64,000 nucleotides of DNA. Source: Nannocystis bainbridge (GTDB lineage: Bacteria > Myxococcota_A > Polyangia > Nannocystales > Nannocystaceae). Both the position numbers and the translations under genes were made by a program. The notes under the pieces were generated by a model, which had not been told where the DNA came from, ran no database searches, and saw only the letters and a program-made list of their open reading frames with translations. The stretch covers positions 672,001 through 736,000 of the forward strand of contig NZ_JAQNDL010000001.1 in NCBI RefSeq assembly GCF_028368995.1. Direction: 5' to 3'. How positions within the stretch are numbered: the stretch's first letter is position 1; each line of letters starts with the position of its first letter. This document shows positions 29,125-38,786 of this stretch, one piece after another.

Positions 29125-31242
29125 GTGCGGACCTCGCTCGCAGCACCGCTCCCCGGACCCGACCGCGACGCGCCGCCACCCGGCGAGCGCGGCTCGCCGC
29201 AGCCCGGCGACCGACTCGCGGGCCGCTACAAGCTGCTCACGCGCGTGCGGGGCGAGGGCGCCGCGCACGTCTACCTCGCCCACGACGGGCACGCCGAGGT
29301 CGGGCTCCTGGCCGTCGATCCCGCGCGCTGCGACCCGCGCGACTGGGTCGTCTTCACCGACGTCGTCGCCTTCGCCAGCGCTGCGCGGATCCCCGGCCTC
29401 GCCCTGTTCCACGGCCTCTCCGCCGCCCCCGCCCCGCCGTTCTGCCTCGCCCACGCGTCCGGCCGGACCCTCGCGCACCTGCTGCGCGAAGAGGGCCCGA
29501 TCGCCTGGCAGCGCGCCCTCGCGCTCGGCGAGCGCCTCGCCACGATCCTCGCCGCCGTCGAATCGACGCTGGGGATCGCCCACCGGGCATTGACGCCCGA
29601 CCGCTGCGTCCTCACCAGCGATCACGACCTCCACATCCTCGACTACGGCGTCGCCGAGATCGAGCCCTTCGCCAGCCCGGACGACGCCACCCACCGCGCC
29701 CCCGAGCAGCGCCGCGGCCCTGGCGATCACCGCAGCGATGTCTACTCGCTCGCCGCGATCCTGTTCGAGCTCATCGCCGGCGAGCGCCCCTCGGGCCGGC
29801 TCACGCCGCGCCTGCGCTCGTCGGTCCGCGACGCGCCGCAGCACGTCGACGACCTGTTCGCCCGGGCTCTCGCCCCCGATCCCGAGCGGCGCTACCCCGA
29901 CCTCGAGTCCCTGCGCGTCGCGCTTCACGCAGCGCTCGCGCAGGCCCCAGTCGCCCGCGTCGTCACGCCGGCGAGCCCGATCCTCGCGCGACCGACCGAG
30001 CCTGCCACCCTTCGCCCCGCGCCCGCGATCGTCCCCGCCGCGGCTGCCATGCTCGACCTGCGCACCGGCCCGGCGCCGCTCGCCGCGCCCGCCCCCGCGG
30101 CCTCGGTCCGCATCCTCGCTCCCGGCGTCACTCCTGCTCCCATGGTCGACCCCGGCCCAGCGCCCACCGCAGCTCCTGCTGCCATTCGCGCGACCGACCG
30201 CGGGGTCCAGGCTCCTGCTGTCATTCCCGCGCCCGACCGCCGGATGCAGGCTCCTGCTGTCATTCCCGCGCCCGCCCGCCGGGTCCAGGCTCCTGCTGTC
30301 ATTCCCGCCCCCAGGCCCACCGCGGCCCCTGCTGCCATTCGCCAGCCCGACCGCGCTCCGGCGATCGCCGCCGACCCCCGGTTCGCCGCTCCTGCCGCCA
30401 TTCGCAGCCCTGCCGCCGCCTCTGCCCCCCTCTTCGCCGCTCGCCCGGCGGCAGCCGTCACTCCCGCCGCTGCGACCCTGCGCGACCCGTCGCCCGCGGT
30501 CGCGCGCCTGAACCCGCCGCGCGCCACTGTGTCGGCGGCGCTGACAGAGATTATCCCGCCCGCCACCCCTGTCCGGGTCCAAGAGTCACCTGTCCGTCGG
30601 GACATCCTGTCTTCCCTCGCTCCCGCGTTCATCAGCCCGCCGTCCCCCGAGCTGCCTGCCCGCGACGGCACCACCCTCATCGATCCGCCCAGCCTGCGCC
30701 CCGTCGTCCGGGCCGCTCCGAAGCCCGACGCGACCGAGCTTTTGCCCGACCTCCCGGCCCGCCTCGCCTCCGCCAGCTCGCAGCTCCGCGCCGACGCCCG
30801 CCTCGCCCAGCCCGCCGCCTCCATCAGCTCGCAGCAGCTCCGCGCCGACGCCCGGGACCCTGCCGCCGCCATCAGCTCGCAGCAGCTCCGCGCCGCCGCC
30901 CGGGTCCCTGCCGCCGCCATCCGCTCGCAGCAGCTCCGCGCCGACGCCCGGGTCCCTGCCGCCGCCATCAGCTCGCAGCAGCTCCGCGCCGCCGCCTCGC
31001 GCCCCAATCCTCCTGCCCCGCTCGAGCCCGAGCCCCTGGCGCCCTCGCCCGCGCCTGTGCGTCCCACTCAGCTGGCCGCACGCCCGGCCAGCCCGCCTCC
31101 GCAGCCCCGCGTCGCCTCCTCTGCCGCGACCTCCGACCCGCACCCGAAATCCGGCCCTCCCGATCGGCGGCTCCTGATCGCCGCCGTCTTCGTCATCAAC
31201 CTCTCGCTCGCGCTGATCGTCCTGTACCTGTTCATGCGCTGA
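29125..31242 (+). CDS. Ser/Thr pseudokinase with Pro/Ala-rich repeat linker and C-terminal TM helix
   Basis: Kinase fold remnants (GRYKL, HRALTPDRC for HRDLKPxN, DYG, APEQ, DVYSLAAILFEL); C-terminal LLIAAVFVINLSLALIVLYLF. Confidence 0.75.
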   Translation: MRTSLAAPLPGPDRDAPPPGERGSPQPGDRLAGRYKLLTRVRGEGAAHVYLAHDGHAEVGLLAVDPARCDPRDWVVFTDVVAFASAARIPGLALFHGLSAAPAPPFCLAHASGRTLAHLLREEGPIAWQRALALGERLATILAAVESTLGIAHRALTPDRCVLTSDHDLHILDYGVAEIEPFASPDDATHRAPEQRRGPGDHRSDVYSLAAILFELIAGERPSGRLTPRLRSSVRDAPQHVDDLFARALAPDPERRYPDLESLRVALHAALAQAPVARVVTPASPILARPTEPATLRPAPAIVPAAAAMLDLRTGPAPLAAPAPAASVRILAPGVTPAPMVDPGPAPTAAPAAIRATDRGVQAPAVIPAPDRRMQAPAVIPAPARRVQAPAVIPAPRPTAAPAAIRQPDRAPAIAADPRFAAPAAIRSPAAASAPLFAARPAAAVTPAAATLRDPSPAVARLNPPRATVSAALTEIIPPATPVRVQESPVRRDILSSLAPAFISPPSPELPARDGTTLIDPPSLRPVVRAAPKPDATELLPDLPARLASASSQLRADARLAQPAASISSQQLRADARDPAAAISSQQLRAAARVPAAAIRSQQLRADARVPAAAISSQQLRAAASRPNPPAPLEPEPLAPSPAPVRPTQLAARPASPPPQPRVASSAATSDPHPKSGPPDRRLLIAAVFVINLSLALIVLYLFMR
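30200..30310 (+). repeat. 39-bp coding tandem repeat (QAPAVIPAP), 3 copies
   Basis: CAGGCTCCTGCTGTCATTCCCGC at 30208, 30247, 30286. Confidence 0.85.
30775..30995 (+). repeat. 48-bp coding tandem repeat (ISSQQLRADARVPAAA), 4 copies plus partial
   Basis: CAGCAGCTCCGCGCCG at 30832, 30880, 30928, 30976. Confidence 0.85.
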
Positions 31243-31290
31243 GCCCCGCCGAGCTCGCGCGAATCAGGCGAGCGCGAGCGCACGCCCCAT

Positions 31291-31749
31291 TCACCGCAAT
31301 CGCAGCGGCGGCAGCGAGCCCTCGATCGCCCGATCGAACCATGCCACGAACACCTCGCGCTCGCGACCCTGCCGCTCGCACGCCGTCACCCGCCACGCCT
31401 CGAGCACCTCCGGGATGTCGACGTGGAGCGCTTCGCCGTCGCCGCGCTCCACCCGGATCCCGATTCGCTTGTCCGGGCGTCGCTCCCAGCGCGCCCGCGC
31501 ATGCTCGCAGATCGTCTCACCGAAATACTGCCCCGCCGTCGCGATCATGTCTTTGAGCGACTGCGCCGACTCGCCGCGCGCTGCCATCATCAGCCAGTCC
31601 GACAGCCGCAGCAGCGACGCCCGCGAGAAATCGAGGCACGGCTCGGTGAAGTCCCAGCGCGCCCCCCAGATCCCCGTCTGCAGCACCGACCAGGCGCTCT
31701 GCGCCCGGATCTCGAACCCCTCGAGCGCGTCGTCGACAACCTCGCTCAT
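31291..31749 (-). CDS. Probable immunity protein (DUF3806/DUF6278-like)
   Basis: LDFSRASLLRLSDWL...AGQYFGETI....ARW pattern; directly downstream of PAAR effector. Confidence 0.6.
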   Translation of the reverse strand: MSEVVDDALEGFEIRAQSAWSVLQTGIWGARWDFTEPCLDFSRASLLRLSDWLMMAARGESAQSLKDMIATAGQYFGETICEHARARWERRPDKRIGIRVERGDGEALHVDIPEVLEAWRVTACERQGREREVFVAWFDRAIEGSLPPLRLR

Positions 31750-31765
31750 GCTCGCTCCGTCCGCC

Positions 31766-32833
31766 TCACGCCGGCTCGAGCCACGAAGTATCGTCGCACG
31801 ACGGGTGCTCCGGGATCGCCGCCTCGCGCTCCGCCTCGCGCCAGCCTCGCCACACGTCGACCGTCAGCTGCGCCAGGATCCCCGCGCCCGCCATCTTCCA
31901 CGACGGCGGCTGCGCCAGCCTCGGCGCCACCGCCGGGGCCCGCCGCGCGACCGCCTGGCCGACCAGGTTGTTGCTCAGGTACCGGGCCCGCGACCACGGC
32001 ACCTGGCCCGCCGCCGTCTTGCGCGCCACATAATCGGCGTACATCGCGTTCTGGGCCGCCCGGCGGCTCGCCGCGTTGGCAGCATTGGTCCGCGCCACTT
32101 GCTGCGCGTTGTGATAGCCGATGCTCTGGGCGTCGGCGACGGTGGCCGCCCCGCCCCCGGCGACGATCGCCCCGCGGTTGACGTCGGTGCCCGAGACCAC
32201 CCCCGGCTCCGAGTGCATGCTGCGTTGCCACGCGTCGGAGATGCCGACGATCACCCCAGTGACGGCGAAGCCGGCCAGCGTCCCGCCCGCGAAGATCACC
32301 GTCAGGTACACGCTCCCGTAGTCGAGGATCGTGTCGAGGAAGCTCCGCCGCGTCCCCTTGATCCGGACCGCCGGGCCGCCGATGAGCACGTTCTCCGAGC
32401 CGGTCGCGATCTTCGCGTCGCACAGCAGCGCGTCGCCCTTGCGGGCCGCCGGCCGGCACGCGTAGAAGACCGTCTTGCTGCCCTCGACGATCGCCTTGGG
32501 CCCGTGGTTGTAGACCACCGGGAAGTAGCACACCGAAAGATCGGTCACCGCCGCCGCGTCGCGGTTGTTGATCAGGACGTTCGAGGTCCCCGGTCCGACC
32601 CCGCCGGTCTCGACCCCCGGGCTCGGCGCCAGCGCGTCGTAAAGCGCCGCCGCCCCGAGCCCCGCCGCCCCGCCGACCGCCGCCAGCCCGGCGATCGCCC
32701 CCAGCGCCAGGCCGCCCGTGCCCACCACCAGCAGCCCGATCGCCACCGCCGCCACCGCACCGACGAAGAAGCCGAGCAGCTTCGACGAGTGCTTGATGGT
32801 GTCGTCCATGCGGGCTGCCAGCGCGAAGCTCAT
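31766..32833 (-). CDS. prePAAR-TMD-PAAR T6SS effector with unrecognised C-terminal domain
   Basis: N-terminal AARMDDTIKH (prePAAR AARxxDxxxH), Gly/Ala TMD, PAAR core GSKTVFYACRPAARKGDALLCDAKIATGSENVLIGG, second hydrophobic segment. Confidence 0.88.
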   Translation of the reverse strand: MSFALAARMDDTIKHSSKLLGFFVGAVAAVAIGLLVVGTGGLALGAIAGLAAVGGAAGLGAAALYDALAPSPGVETGGVGPGTSNVLINNRDAAAVTDLSVCYFPVVYNHGPKAIVEGSKTVFYACRPAARKGDALLCDAKIATGSENVLIGGPAVRIKGTRRSFLDTILDYGSVYLTVIFAGGTLAGFAVTGVIVGISDAWQRSMHSEPGVVSGTDVNRGAIVAGGGAATVADAQSIGYHNAQQVARTNAANAASRRAAQNAMYADYVARKTAAGQVPWSRARYLSNNLVGQAVARRAPAVAPRLAQPPSWKMAGAGILAQLTVDVWRGWREAEREAAIPEHPSCDDTSWLEPA

Positions 32834-32849
32834 GACAACCTCCCTCGCG

Positions 32850-33311
32850 TCACGGACGGTTCGGATCGGCCGGCGGCGTCACCGTGGCAGTGGCGAGGAT
32901 CTCGTCCCACAGCGGCTGGATCTCGCGGACCCCCTTGCGGGTCGCCGACATCACGATCGACACCACGCTGCCCTTCATGTCGATCGCCACCACCTGGCGC
33001 TGCTCGTACTCGACCCCGCGGGCGGTCAGCGTATAGAGAAACTCGCCCGCCGGCACCGAACCGAGGGTGCGGCTGCGGCGGTCGATCAGCGCGAACTCCG
33101 GCATCGTCCGCGCGAACTCCACCAGCATCCCGTCCATGTATTGCTGCAGCGTCGTCCGCGGGTCGATCGACTCGCGCCGCACCACCACCGACGCGCCCTT
33201 CTCGCCCTCTTCGCCGTTGGAGAACACCACCATCGCGTTGCGCTTCCACGTCGGCGGCACCGCCAGCTGCACGCCCTCGCCGGCGTTGATCAGGTTGTTG
33301 GGTGTAGCCAT
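32850..33311 (-). CDS. DUF1795/DcrB-family Eag effector chaperone
   Basis: EG...VPPTW....VF......SVVVRRE.....TLQQY...L..F....F.......EQRQV pattern; immediately upstream of prePAAR effector. Confidence 0.82.
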   Translation of the reverse strand: MATPNNLINAGEGVQLAVPPTWKRNAMVVFSNGEEGEKGASVVVRRESIDPRTTLQQYMDGMLVEFARTMPEFALIDRRSRTLGSVPAGEFLYTLTARGVEYEQRQVVAIDMKGSVVSIVMSATRKGVREIQPLWDEILATATVTPPADPNRP

Positions 33312-33720
33312 CGCAATCAGCCTCTCCGTCGCCGCGAGCCCACGGTCCGATCGACCTATCCTGTCCCCGCGACGGCTGTCAAGGCGGAGTCGCCCGCGAA
33401 TGCGAGCACCCGCCCGCTCGCGCCCACCGCCGCGGCCGAGCGCGCTCGGGCGGCGCGGCAGCGAGCGCCGACGGGCGACCGGCACCACGCATATTCGTGT
33501 CATTCACGGCGGGTGTCGTCTACCCCGCGCAAACACGGTGCCCAGATTCGCCCGCGCCTATCGTCGCACCCGCCGCTCGCCGCGAAATGTATCGACCGCG
33601 AAAGGATTCGGACGGGGCTCGAGCCGCGCGGCGAATGATAGGATCCTACCACGGGGCGCGCTCCGGTGGCCCAGGCCCGCGCTCCGTCGAACCGACCGAC
33701 GAACGCCGCCGAGCCGGCGC

Positions 33721-34620
33721 TCAGAACACCCACGTATAGCCGCCGCTGACACTCGCGCTCAGCTCGCCCCCGCCGCTGAGCGACACCACGATGCCGACGG
33801 GCGCCGGCGTCGTCTCGCCGCTGACGAGCGCGAGCCACCCGGCCTCGTCGTCGGGCACGGCGAAGACCACCTGAAGGCCGGCGCCCGGGCCGACCGCGAC
33901 CTCGACGGTCACCGCGAAGTACGGGCCCTTCAGATCGGCGGGCCGCGGCGTCCACACGCCGAGCTGGTCCCCCAGCGACGCGCCGATCGAGACCGCCACC
34001 CCGCCGACCCCGAAGAAGCCGCCGATCGCCGCCGCGTCGGGCAACGTGCACGCGTAGCCGAAGCAGCCCTCGGCGCCTGCCCCGTAGGCCGCGCTGCCGC
34101 CCCCGCCCAGCGACAGCGTGGCGAACTTTCCGCACGTCGCGGCGATCGCCCGCAGCTCGGGCCGGCCTGCCAGCGCCTTCACCGACGCCAGCGTCACCGC
34201 GTCACGCTGCCTGCCGGCCGCGGCGAGGACGACCCGCTCGAATTCCGCCGCGCCCCTGGCGTCGGCGAGCAGCGCCGTCCCGCCCGCGACCATCGCGTCG
34301 ATCAGCGCCTTCTGCCCGCGGACCGTCGCCATCGCCGCGGCGAGCAGCAGGTCGACGAGGCCGTCGTCGAGCCAGCGCTCCAGCGCCGCCAGCGTCTCGT
34401 TCCACGCGCTCTCGCCCAGCCGCAGCGCGTCTTCGTACGTCGATTCCGCCAGCGCCCCGGCCTGCGCGCCGACGCCTGCGAGCGTCGACCCGGCGACGTC
34501 CGCCCCCTGCACGGCCCCGTCGGCGACCTTGTCGGCCGCGTCCTTGACCGCGCCCGTCGCCTTGTGGGTCGCCTTCTTCAACTTCTTGCCGGCCTTCTTG
34601 AACGCCTTGCCGATACCCAT
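33721..34620 (-). CDS. Hypothetical protein with cationic amphipathic N-terminus and Gly-rich beta C-terminus
   Basis: GGAG RBS before MGIGKAFKKAGKKLKK; C-terminal alternating G/hydrophobic strands ending GYTWVF. Confidence 0.75.
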   Translation of the reverse strand: MGIGKAFKKAGKKLKKATHKATGAVKDAADKVADGAVQGADVAGSTLAGVGAQAGALAESTYEDALRLGESAWNETLAALERWLDDGLVDLLLAAAMATVRGQKALIDAMVAGGTALLADARGAAEFERVVLAAAGRQRDAVTLASVKALAGRPELRAIAATCGKFATLSLGGGGSAAYGAGAEGCFGYACTLPDAAAIGGFFGVGGVAVSIGASLGDQLGVWTPRPADLKGPYFAVTVEVAVGPGAGLQVVFAVPDDEAGWLALVSGETTPAPVGIVVSLSGGGELSASVSGGYTWVF

Positions 34621-34860
34621 ATGCAGTGCTCCCTTCGAGGAGCTGCGGTGATAGCCAGGCGATGTGGAGAGAGTATGGAGGAGGCGCTCGTCGCATTCGC
34701 GCGCACGTCTCATTCATGACACCGACGTCGAGCGGCGAGGTCTGCCATCGCCCAGAAGCACGGCCGTCATGCGCTCCGCCCTCGGCGGCGCCGCGGCCAG
34801 GAAGCGCGCATCGCCGCCCCGCGACCGCCCCGCGAGCGAGCGCCCGCGGGGCGCACGACC

Positions 34861-36939
34861 TCACGGCTTCAGCGTCAGCGTCAGCGTCACGCTGTCGAGC
34901 GTGCCGGTGTCCTGCGGCGCCCGGTCGCCGGCGCAGAACTTCCACACGCCCTTGGCCGAAACGCCGTCGAAGTCGCCGAAGTTGAGGCCGGGGCCCGCGC
35001 CGTGGTTGGGGAAGTAGTCGCAGGCCCCATCGCCCTGGCACACCACCCCGCTGTCGGCCAGCGTGTTGCCCATCAGCTCGGCGTCCTTGACCCCGCCGTC
35101 GCGGAACAGCACGGGGAAGTCCTTCGACAGGTTGGAGCTGTCGCCGGCGGTCCCGGACGTGCCGTCGTCGGCGAACTCGGTGTAGCCGGGCCGGCTCATC
35201 ACCGTCAGCACCTTGGCGCCGCCGGGGCTGACCAGCTTGAACACCAGGTCGCCGATCCACGTGTGCGTGATGCCGACCTGCAGCGTGACGTCGTCGACCT
35301 TGTTGGCGTTGACGACGTTGAGGTCGACGCAGACCATCTGCGCCAGCTGCCCCTTGTACATGTTGTCGGGCACGGCCGCGCCCAGGCCGGTGAGCTTGAC
35401 CTGCGCGCCGAGCTCGAGCTTGCAGCTGGCGTCGCAGCCGTCGCCGGCCACCGCGTTGCCGTCGTCGCACTGCTCGAGGTCCATGCGGATGAACCCGTCG
35501 CCGCACTTGGCGGTCTTGCACTGCGCGCACGCGTCGGTGTCGACGAGGTTGCCGTCGTCGCACTCCTCGACGCCCGCCTGCACCTTCGCGTCGCCGCAGG
35601 TCGCCGTCTGGCACGACGACGTGCACGCCGCGTCGTCGGCGTTGGCCTGGCCCTCGTCGCACGTCTCGCCCGGCTGGACGAAGCCGTCGCCGCACGCCGC
35701 GTTCTTGCACACCGCCGTGCAGGCGTCGTCGTTGCTCTGATTGCCGTCGTCGCACTCCTCGCCGGGGCCCTTGAAGCCGTCGCCGCAGACGTTGTCGGTG
35801 CAGTCCGCCTTGCAGGCCTTGTCGTCGCCGTTCATGGCCCCCTCGTCGCACTGCTCGTGGTTGTCCCACACCAGGCCGTCGCCGCAGGCCGCCAGCTTGC
35901 AGCCGAACGTGCAGTCGCCGGTGTCCTTGTTGAGCGGACCGGCGTCGCAGGTCTCCATCAAGCTGGCCTGGGTGAACCCGTCGCCGCACACCGGCGCCTT
36001 GCAGAGGCTCGTGCACGCGTCGTCGTTGTCGGCGTTCCCGTCGTCGCAGACCTCGCCGACGTCCATCGTCCCGTTGCCGCACGCCTCGAGCTCGCAGGCC
36101 GCGTTGCAGCCGTCGCCCGGCGCGTCGTTGCCGTCGTCGCAGGCCTCGCTCGGGCTCGGATCGCCGTCGCCGCACACGTTGGCGACGCAGCCCTCCAGGC
36201 ACTCCTGCCCGGGCCCGTTGTCCTTGCCGAGATCGCAGGCCTCGACCCCGTCCAGCACGAAGCCGTCGCCGCAGGCCGCCAGCTTGCACGTCGGCGTACA
36301 CATCGCGCCCTGCCCGTTGCCCGCCCCGTCGTCGCACTCCTCGCCGACGCCGTCCTGGATCAGCGAATCACCGCACGCCGCCAGGGTGCACGCATTGGTG
36401 CACGCGTCGGTGTCGACGTCGTTGCCGTCGTCGCACGCCTCCATCAGCCCGGCGATGCCGTCACCGCACTCGGGCACCGCGCACGCGTTGGTGCACGCGT
36501 CGCCGTCGCGGCGGTTGCCGTCGTCGCAGCCCTCGCCCGGCCCGACCGCCCCGTCGCCGCACTCGTTCGGCGAACAGTCGGCCTTGCAGGCCTTGTCGTC
36601 GCCGTTGTCGGCCCCGTTGTCACAGCCCTCGCCGGCCTCGACCACCCCGTTGCCGCACTCCACCGGCGCGCCGGTCGTCGAGTCGGTGTCCGTGTCGGTC
36701 GGGTCGGTCGTGGTGGTGGTCGTGGTCCCGTCCGTCGAGGTCCCGGTCGTCGGCGCCGTCGTCGTCGAGGTCGTCGGTGTGCCCGTGCTCGCCTCCACGT
36801 CCGTCGTCGCGTCGGTGCTCGTCCCGTCGGTCCCCGTCTCCGAGGTCGTCGCGCTCGGTCCGCTGCACCCGACCACCAGCGCCGCGGTCACCGCCAGCGC
36901 GCCCACCTCTCGCTCGCCAATCCAACGATTCCATCGCAT
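34861..36939 (-). CDS. Myxobacterial cysteine-rich repeat (DUF4215) lipoprotein with C-terminal proprotein-convertase P-domain
   Basis: VVGC lipobox; many CG[ND]G......E.CDDGN...D.C...C repeats; ITHTWIGDLVFKLVSPGG...G.WKF...D....DTGTL. Confidence 0.9.
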   Translation of the reverse strand: MRWNRWIGEREVGALAVTAALVVGCSGPSATTSETGTDGTSTDATTDVEASTGTPTTSTTTAPTTGTSTDGTTTTTTTDPTDTDTDSTTGAPVECGNGVVEAGEGCDNGADNGDDKACKADCSPNECGDGAVGPGEGCDDGNRRDGDACTNACAVPECGDGIAGLMEACDDGNDVDTDACTNACTLAACGDSLIQDGVGEECDDGAGNGQGAMCTPTCKLAACGDGFVLDGVEACDLGKDNGPGQECLEGCVANVCGDGDPSPSEACDDGNDAPGDGCNAACELEACGNGTMDVGEVCDDGNADNDDACTSLCKAPVCGDGFTQASLMETCDAGPLNKDTGDCTFGCKLAACGDGLVWDNHEQCDEGAMNGDDKACKADCTDNVCGDGFKGPGEECDDGNQSNDDACTAVCKNAACGDGFVQPGETCDEGQANADDAACTSSCQTATCGDAKVQAGVEECDDGNLVDTDACAQCKTAKCGDGFIRMDLEQCDDGNAVAGDGCDASCKLELGAQVKLTGLGAAVPDNMYKGQLAQMVCVDLNVVNANKVDDVTLQVGITHTWIGDLVFKLVSPGGAKVLTVMSRPGYTEFADDGTSGTAGDSSNLSKDFPVLFRDGGVKDAELMGNTLADSGVVCQGDGACDYFPNHGAGPGLNFGDFDGVSAKGVWKFCAGDRAPQDTGTLDSVTLTLTLKP

Positions 36940-37180
36940 CGGCGCACATTAGAGCGGCCCCGCGACGCCGGCAACGCGCAATGTCGTGCGCCGCTGCAGT
37001 CGCCGACACTCGTATGATTCCGCCCCCGGGTGGAACTCCTCGCGGGCGACCGCAGACTTCGACGCCAGCGCCCCGTCAGGGCCCGCGTCTCCACTCGCGG
37101 GTCCGCGCCCACACCACGCATCACCCCTCGGGGATGGCACACGCACGCGCGGACCGACGCCCGCGGCGAGTCCCCATCAC

Positions 37181-37639
37181 TTACGACGGCGGCGCACACA
37201 CGCACGCGCAGGCCGGATGCGCGGCGCCGTCTGGGTCGCCGGCCTCGCACGCGTCGTAGCCGAGCGGATCGGCGGTGCAACCATTGACCAGCCGCGTGAT
37301 GCCCGGCGCCTCCTCGCGGAAGGCGGGCGCGATCAGCCGCTCCGGCGCCTCCCCGTCGCCCTGGCAGCCGCGGATCGGCAGACAGGCCGGCGGGCCCGGC
37401 GTGTCGACATAGGCCACGCAGCGCAGCTCGTCCGCGGTCTCGCAATCGCCCGTGACGACCACGCTCCGCACCCACGCGCAGCGAAACTCCGCCCCGCCGG
37501 ACGCCAGGCAGGCCTCGTTCGTCTCGGCGGCCGCGCACTCCCGCATCGCCTCCGCCGTCCGCTCGTCCTCGCGCCCCTCGCAGCCGGTCGCCGCCAGCGA
37601 CAGCAGCGCCACGAGTCCTTTCAATGATGACATGCGCAT
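37181..37639 (-). CDS. Small Cys-rich lipoprotein
   Basis: LSLAATGC lipobox; GAGGAG RBS; Cys-rich. Confidence 0.7.
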   Translation of the reverse strand: MRMSSLKGLVALLSLAATGCEGREDERTAEAMRECAAAETNEACLASGGAEFRCAWVRSVVVTGDCETADELRCVAYVDTPGPPACLPIRGCQGDGEAPERLIAPAFREEAPGITRLVNGCTADPLGYDACEAGDPDGAAHPACACVCAPPS

Positions 37640-37651
37640 GCCCGCTCCTCC

Positions 37652-38785
37652 TCACCGCAGCGAGCGGTACCCGCCCGCCACGCCGCGCTTCGACAGCACG
37701 ATCTGCCACAGTTGATTGCGACAGCCGGCGCGGAACGACCCTGCCATCGTCTGCAAATAATAGCTCCACATCCGCCGAAACCGCGCCGGCATCGCCGCCC
37801 CGCGGGCCTCCGCGTGGGCCACGAAGTTCGCGTGCCAGGCCATCACCGTGCGGTCGTAGTCGGCGCGGAAGTTGTGCCAGTCCTCGATCACGAACAGCCC
37901 GTGGGCCGCCCGGCTGATGTCGGCGGTGGCCGGCAGGGCCCCGTTGGGGAAGATGTGGCGATTGAGCCACGCGTCGGTGCGCCCGTGCTCGTTGCCGATC
38001 GTGTGCAGCAAGAACAGCCCGTCGTCGCGCAGCAGCCGGTGCGCCGACTCGAAGAACGCCCGGTAGTTGCGGTGGCCGACGTGCTCGAACATGCCGACGC
38101 TGGCCAGCTTGTCGAACGGGCCCATGCCCAGCAGCGCCGGGTCGCGCCAGTCGAGCGCGTGGTAGCTGCCGCCGTGCCCTTCGTCGTGCGCGGCCGCCCA
38201 GTCGCGCTGCGGCGCCGACACCGTGATCCCGGTCGCTCGCGCCCCGCGGCTGGCGATCGCGTGGCGGACCAGCCCGCCCCAGCCGCAGCCGATGTCGAGC
38301 AGCGACTCACCTGTCCCGAGGTACAGCTTGGAACAGACCAGCTCGAACTTGGCCCGCTGGGCCGCGTCGAGGTCCGCGGCCGCGCGCCAGTAGCCGCACG
38401 AGTAGGCCATCGTCGGCCCCAGCATCGCCGCGAACAGCTCGGTGTCGAGGTCGTAGTGGACCTCCGCCACCTGGCCCGAGCGCCCCGTCGTCTGCAGGTT
38501 CACCAGCCGCGACGCCGTCGCCAGCGCCGCCGTGCGCCAGTCGAGCACCGCCTCGTCGCCGCTGGTCGCCAGCACCCGCGCCGTCAGCTCGTCGATCGCC
38601 GCGCAGTCCCACCAGCCGTCCATGTAGCTGTCGCCGAGCGCCAGCGACCCGCCGAGCGCGACCCGCCGCCACAGCCGCGGGTCGTGCACGTGGATGTCCC
38701 ATGGGTCAGGTCCGCCCACGCGCGCCCCGGCGCGCTCCAGCGCCCGCTCGACCGCCCGGCGCGCCGCGCTGTCGAGCCCGCCCAC
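37652..38785 (-). CDS. cfa: Cyclopropane-fatty-acyl-phospholipid synthase family methyltransferase
   Basis: LGDSYMDGWWDC, HYDL, YSCGYW, LLDIGCGWGG, SVGMFEHVG, IFPNG, EDWHNF..DYDRT. Confidence 0.93.
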   Translation of the reverse strand: MGGLDSAARRAVERALERAGARVGGPDPWDIHVHDPRLWRRVALGGSLALGDSYMDGWWDCAAIDELTARVLATSGDEAVLDWRTAALATASRLVNLQTTGRSGQVAEVHYDLDTELFAAMLGPTMAYSCGYWRAAADLDAAQRAKFELVCSKLYLGTGESLLDIGCGWGGLVRHAIASRGARATGITVSAPQRDWAAAHDEGHGGSYHALDWRDPALLGMGPFDKLASVGMFEHVGHRNYRAFFESAHRLLRDDGLFLLHTIGNEHGRTDAWLNRHIFPNGALPATADISRAAHGLFVIEDWHNFRADYDRTVMAWHANFVAHAEARGAAMPARFRRMWSYYLQTMAGSFRAGCRNQLWQIVLSKRGVAGGYRSLR

Positions 38786-38786
38786 G

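Noticed and set aside
27186-33311. Complete T6SS locus
   Set aside because: No tssB/C, hcp, tssM or clpV in the window
34861-36939. Cys-rich repeats and Thr stalks as a novel system
   Set aside because: Common myxobacterial surface-protein architecture
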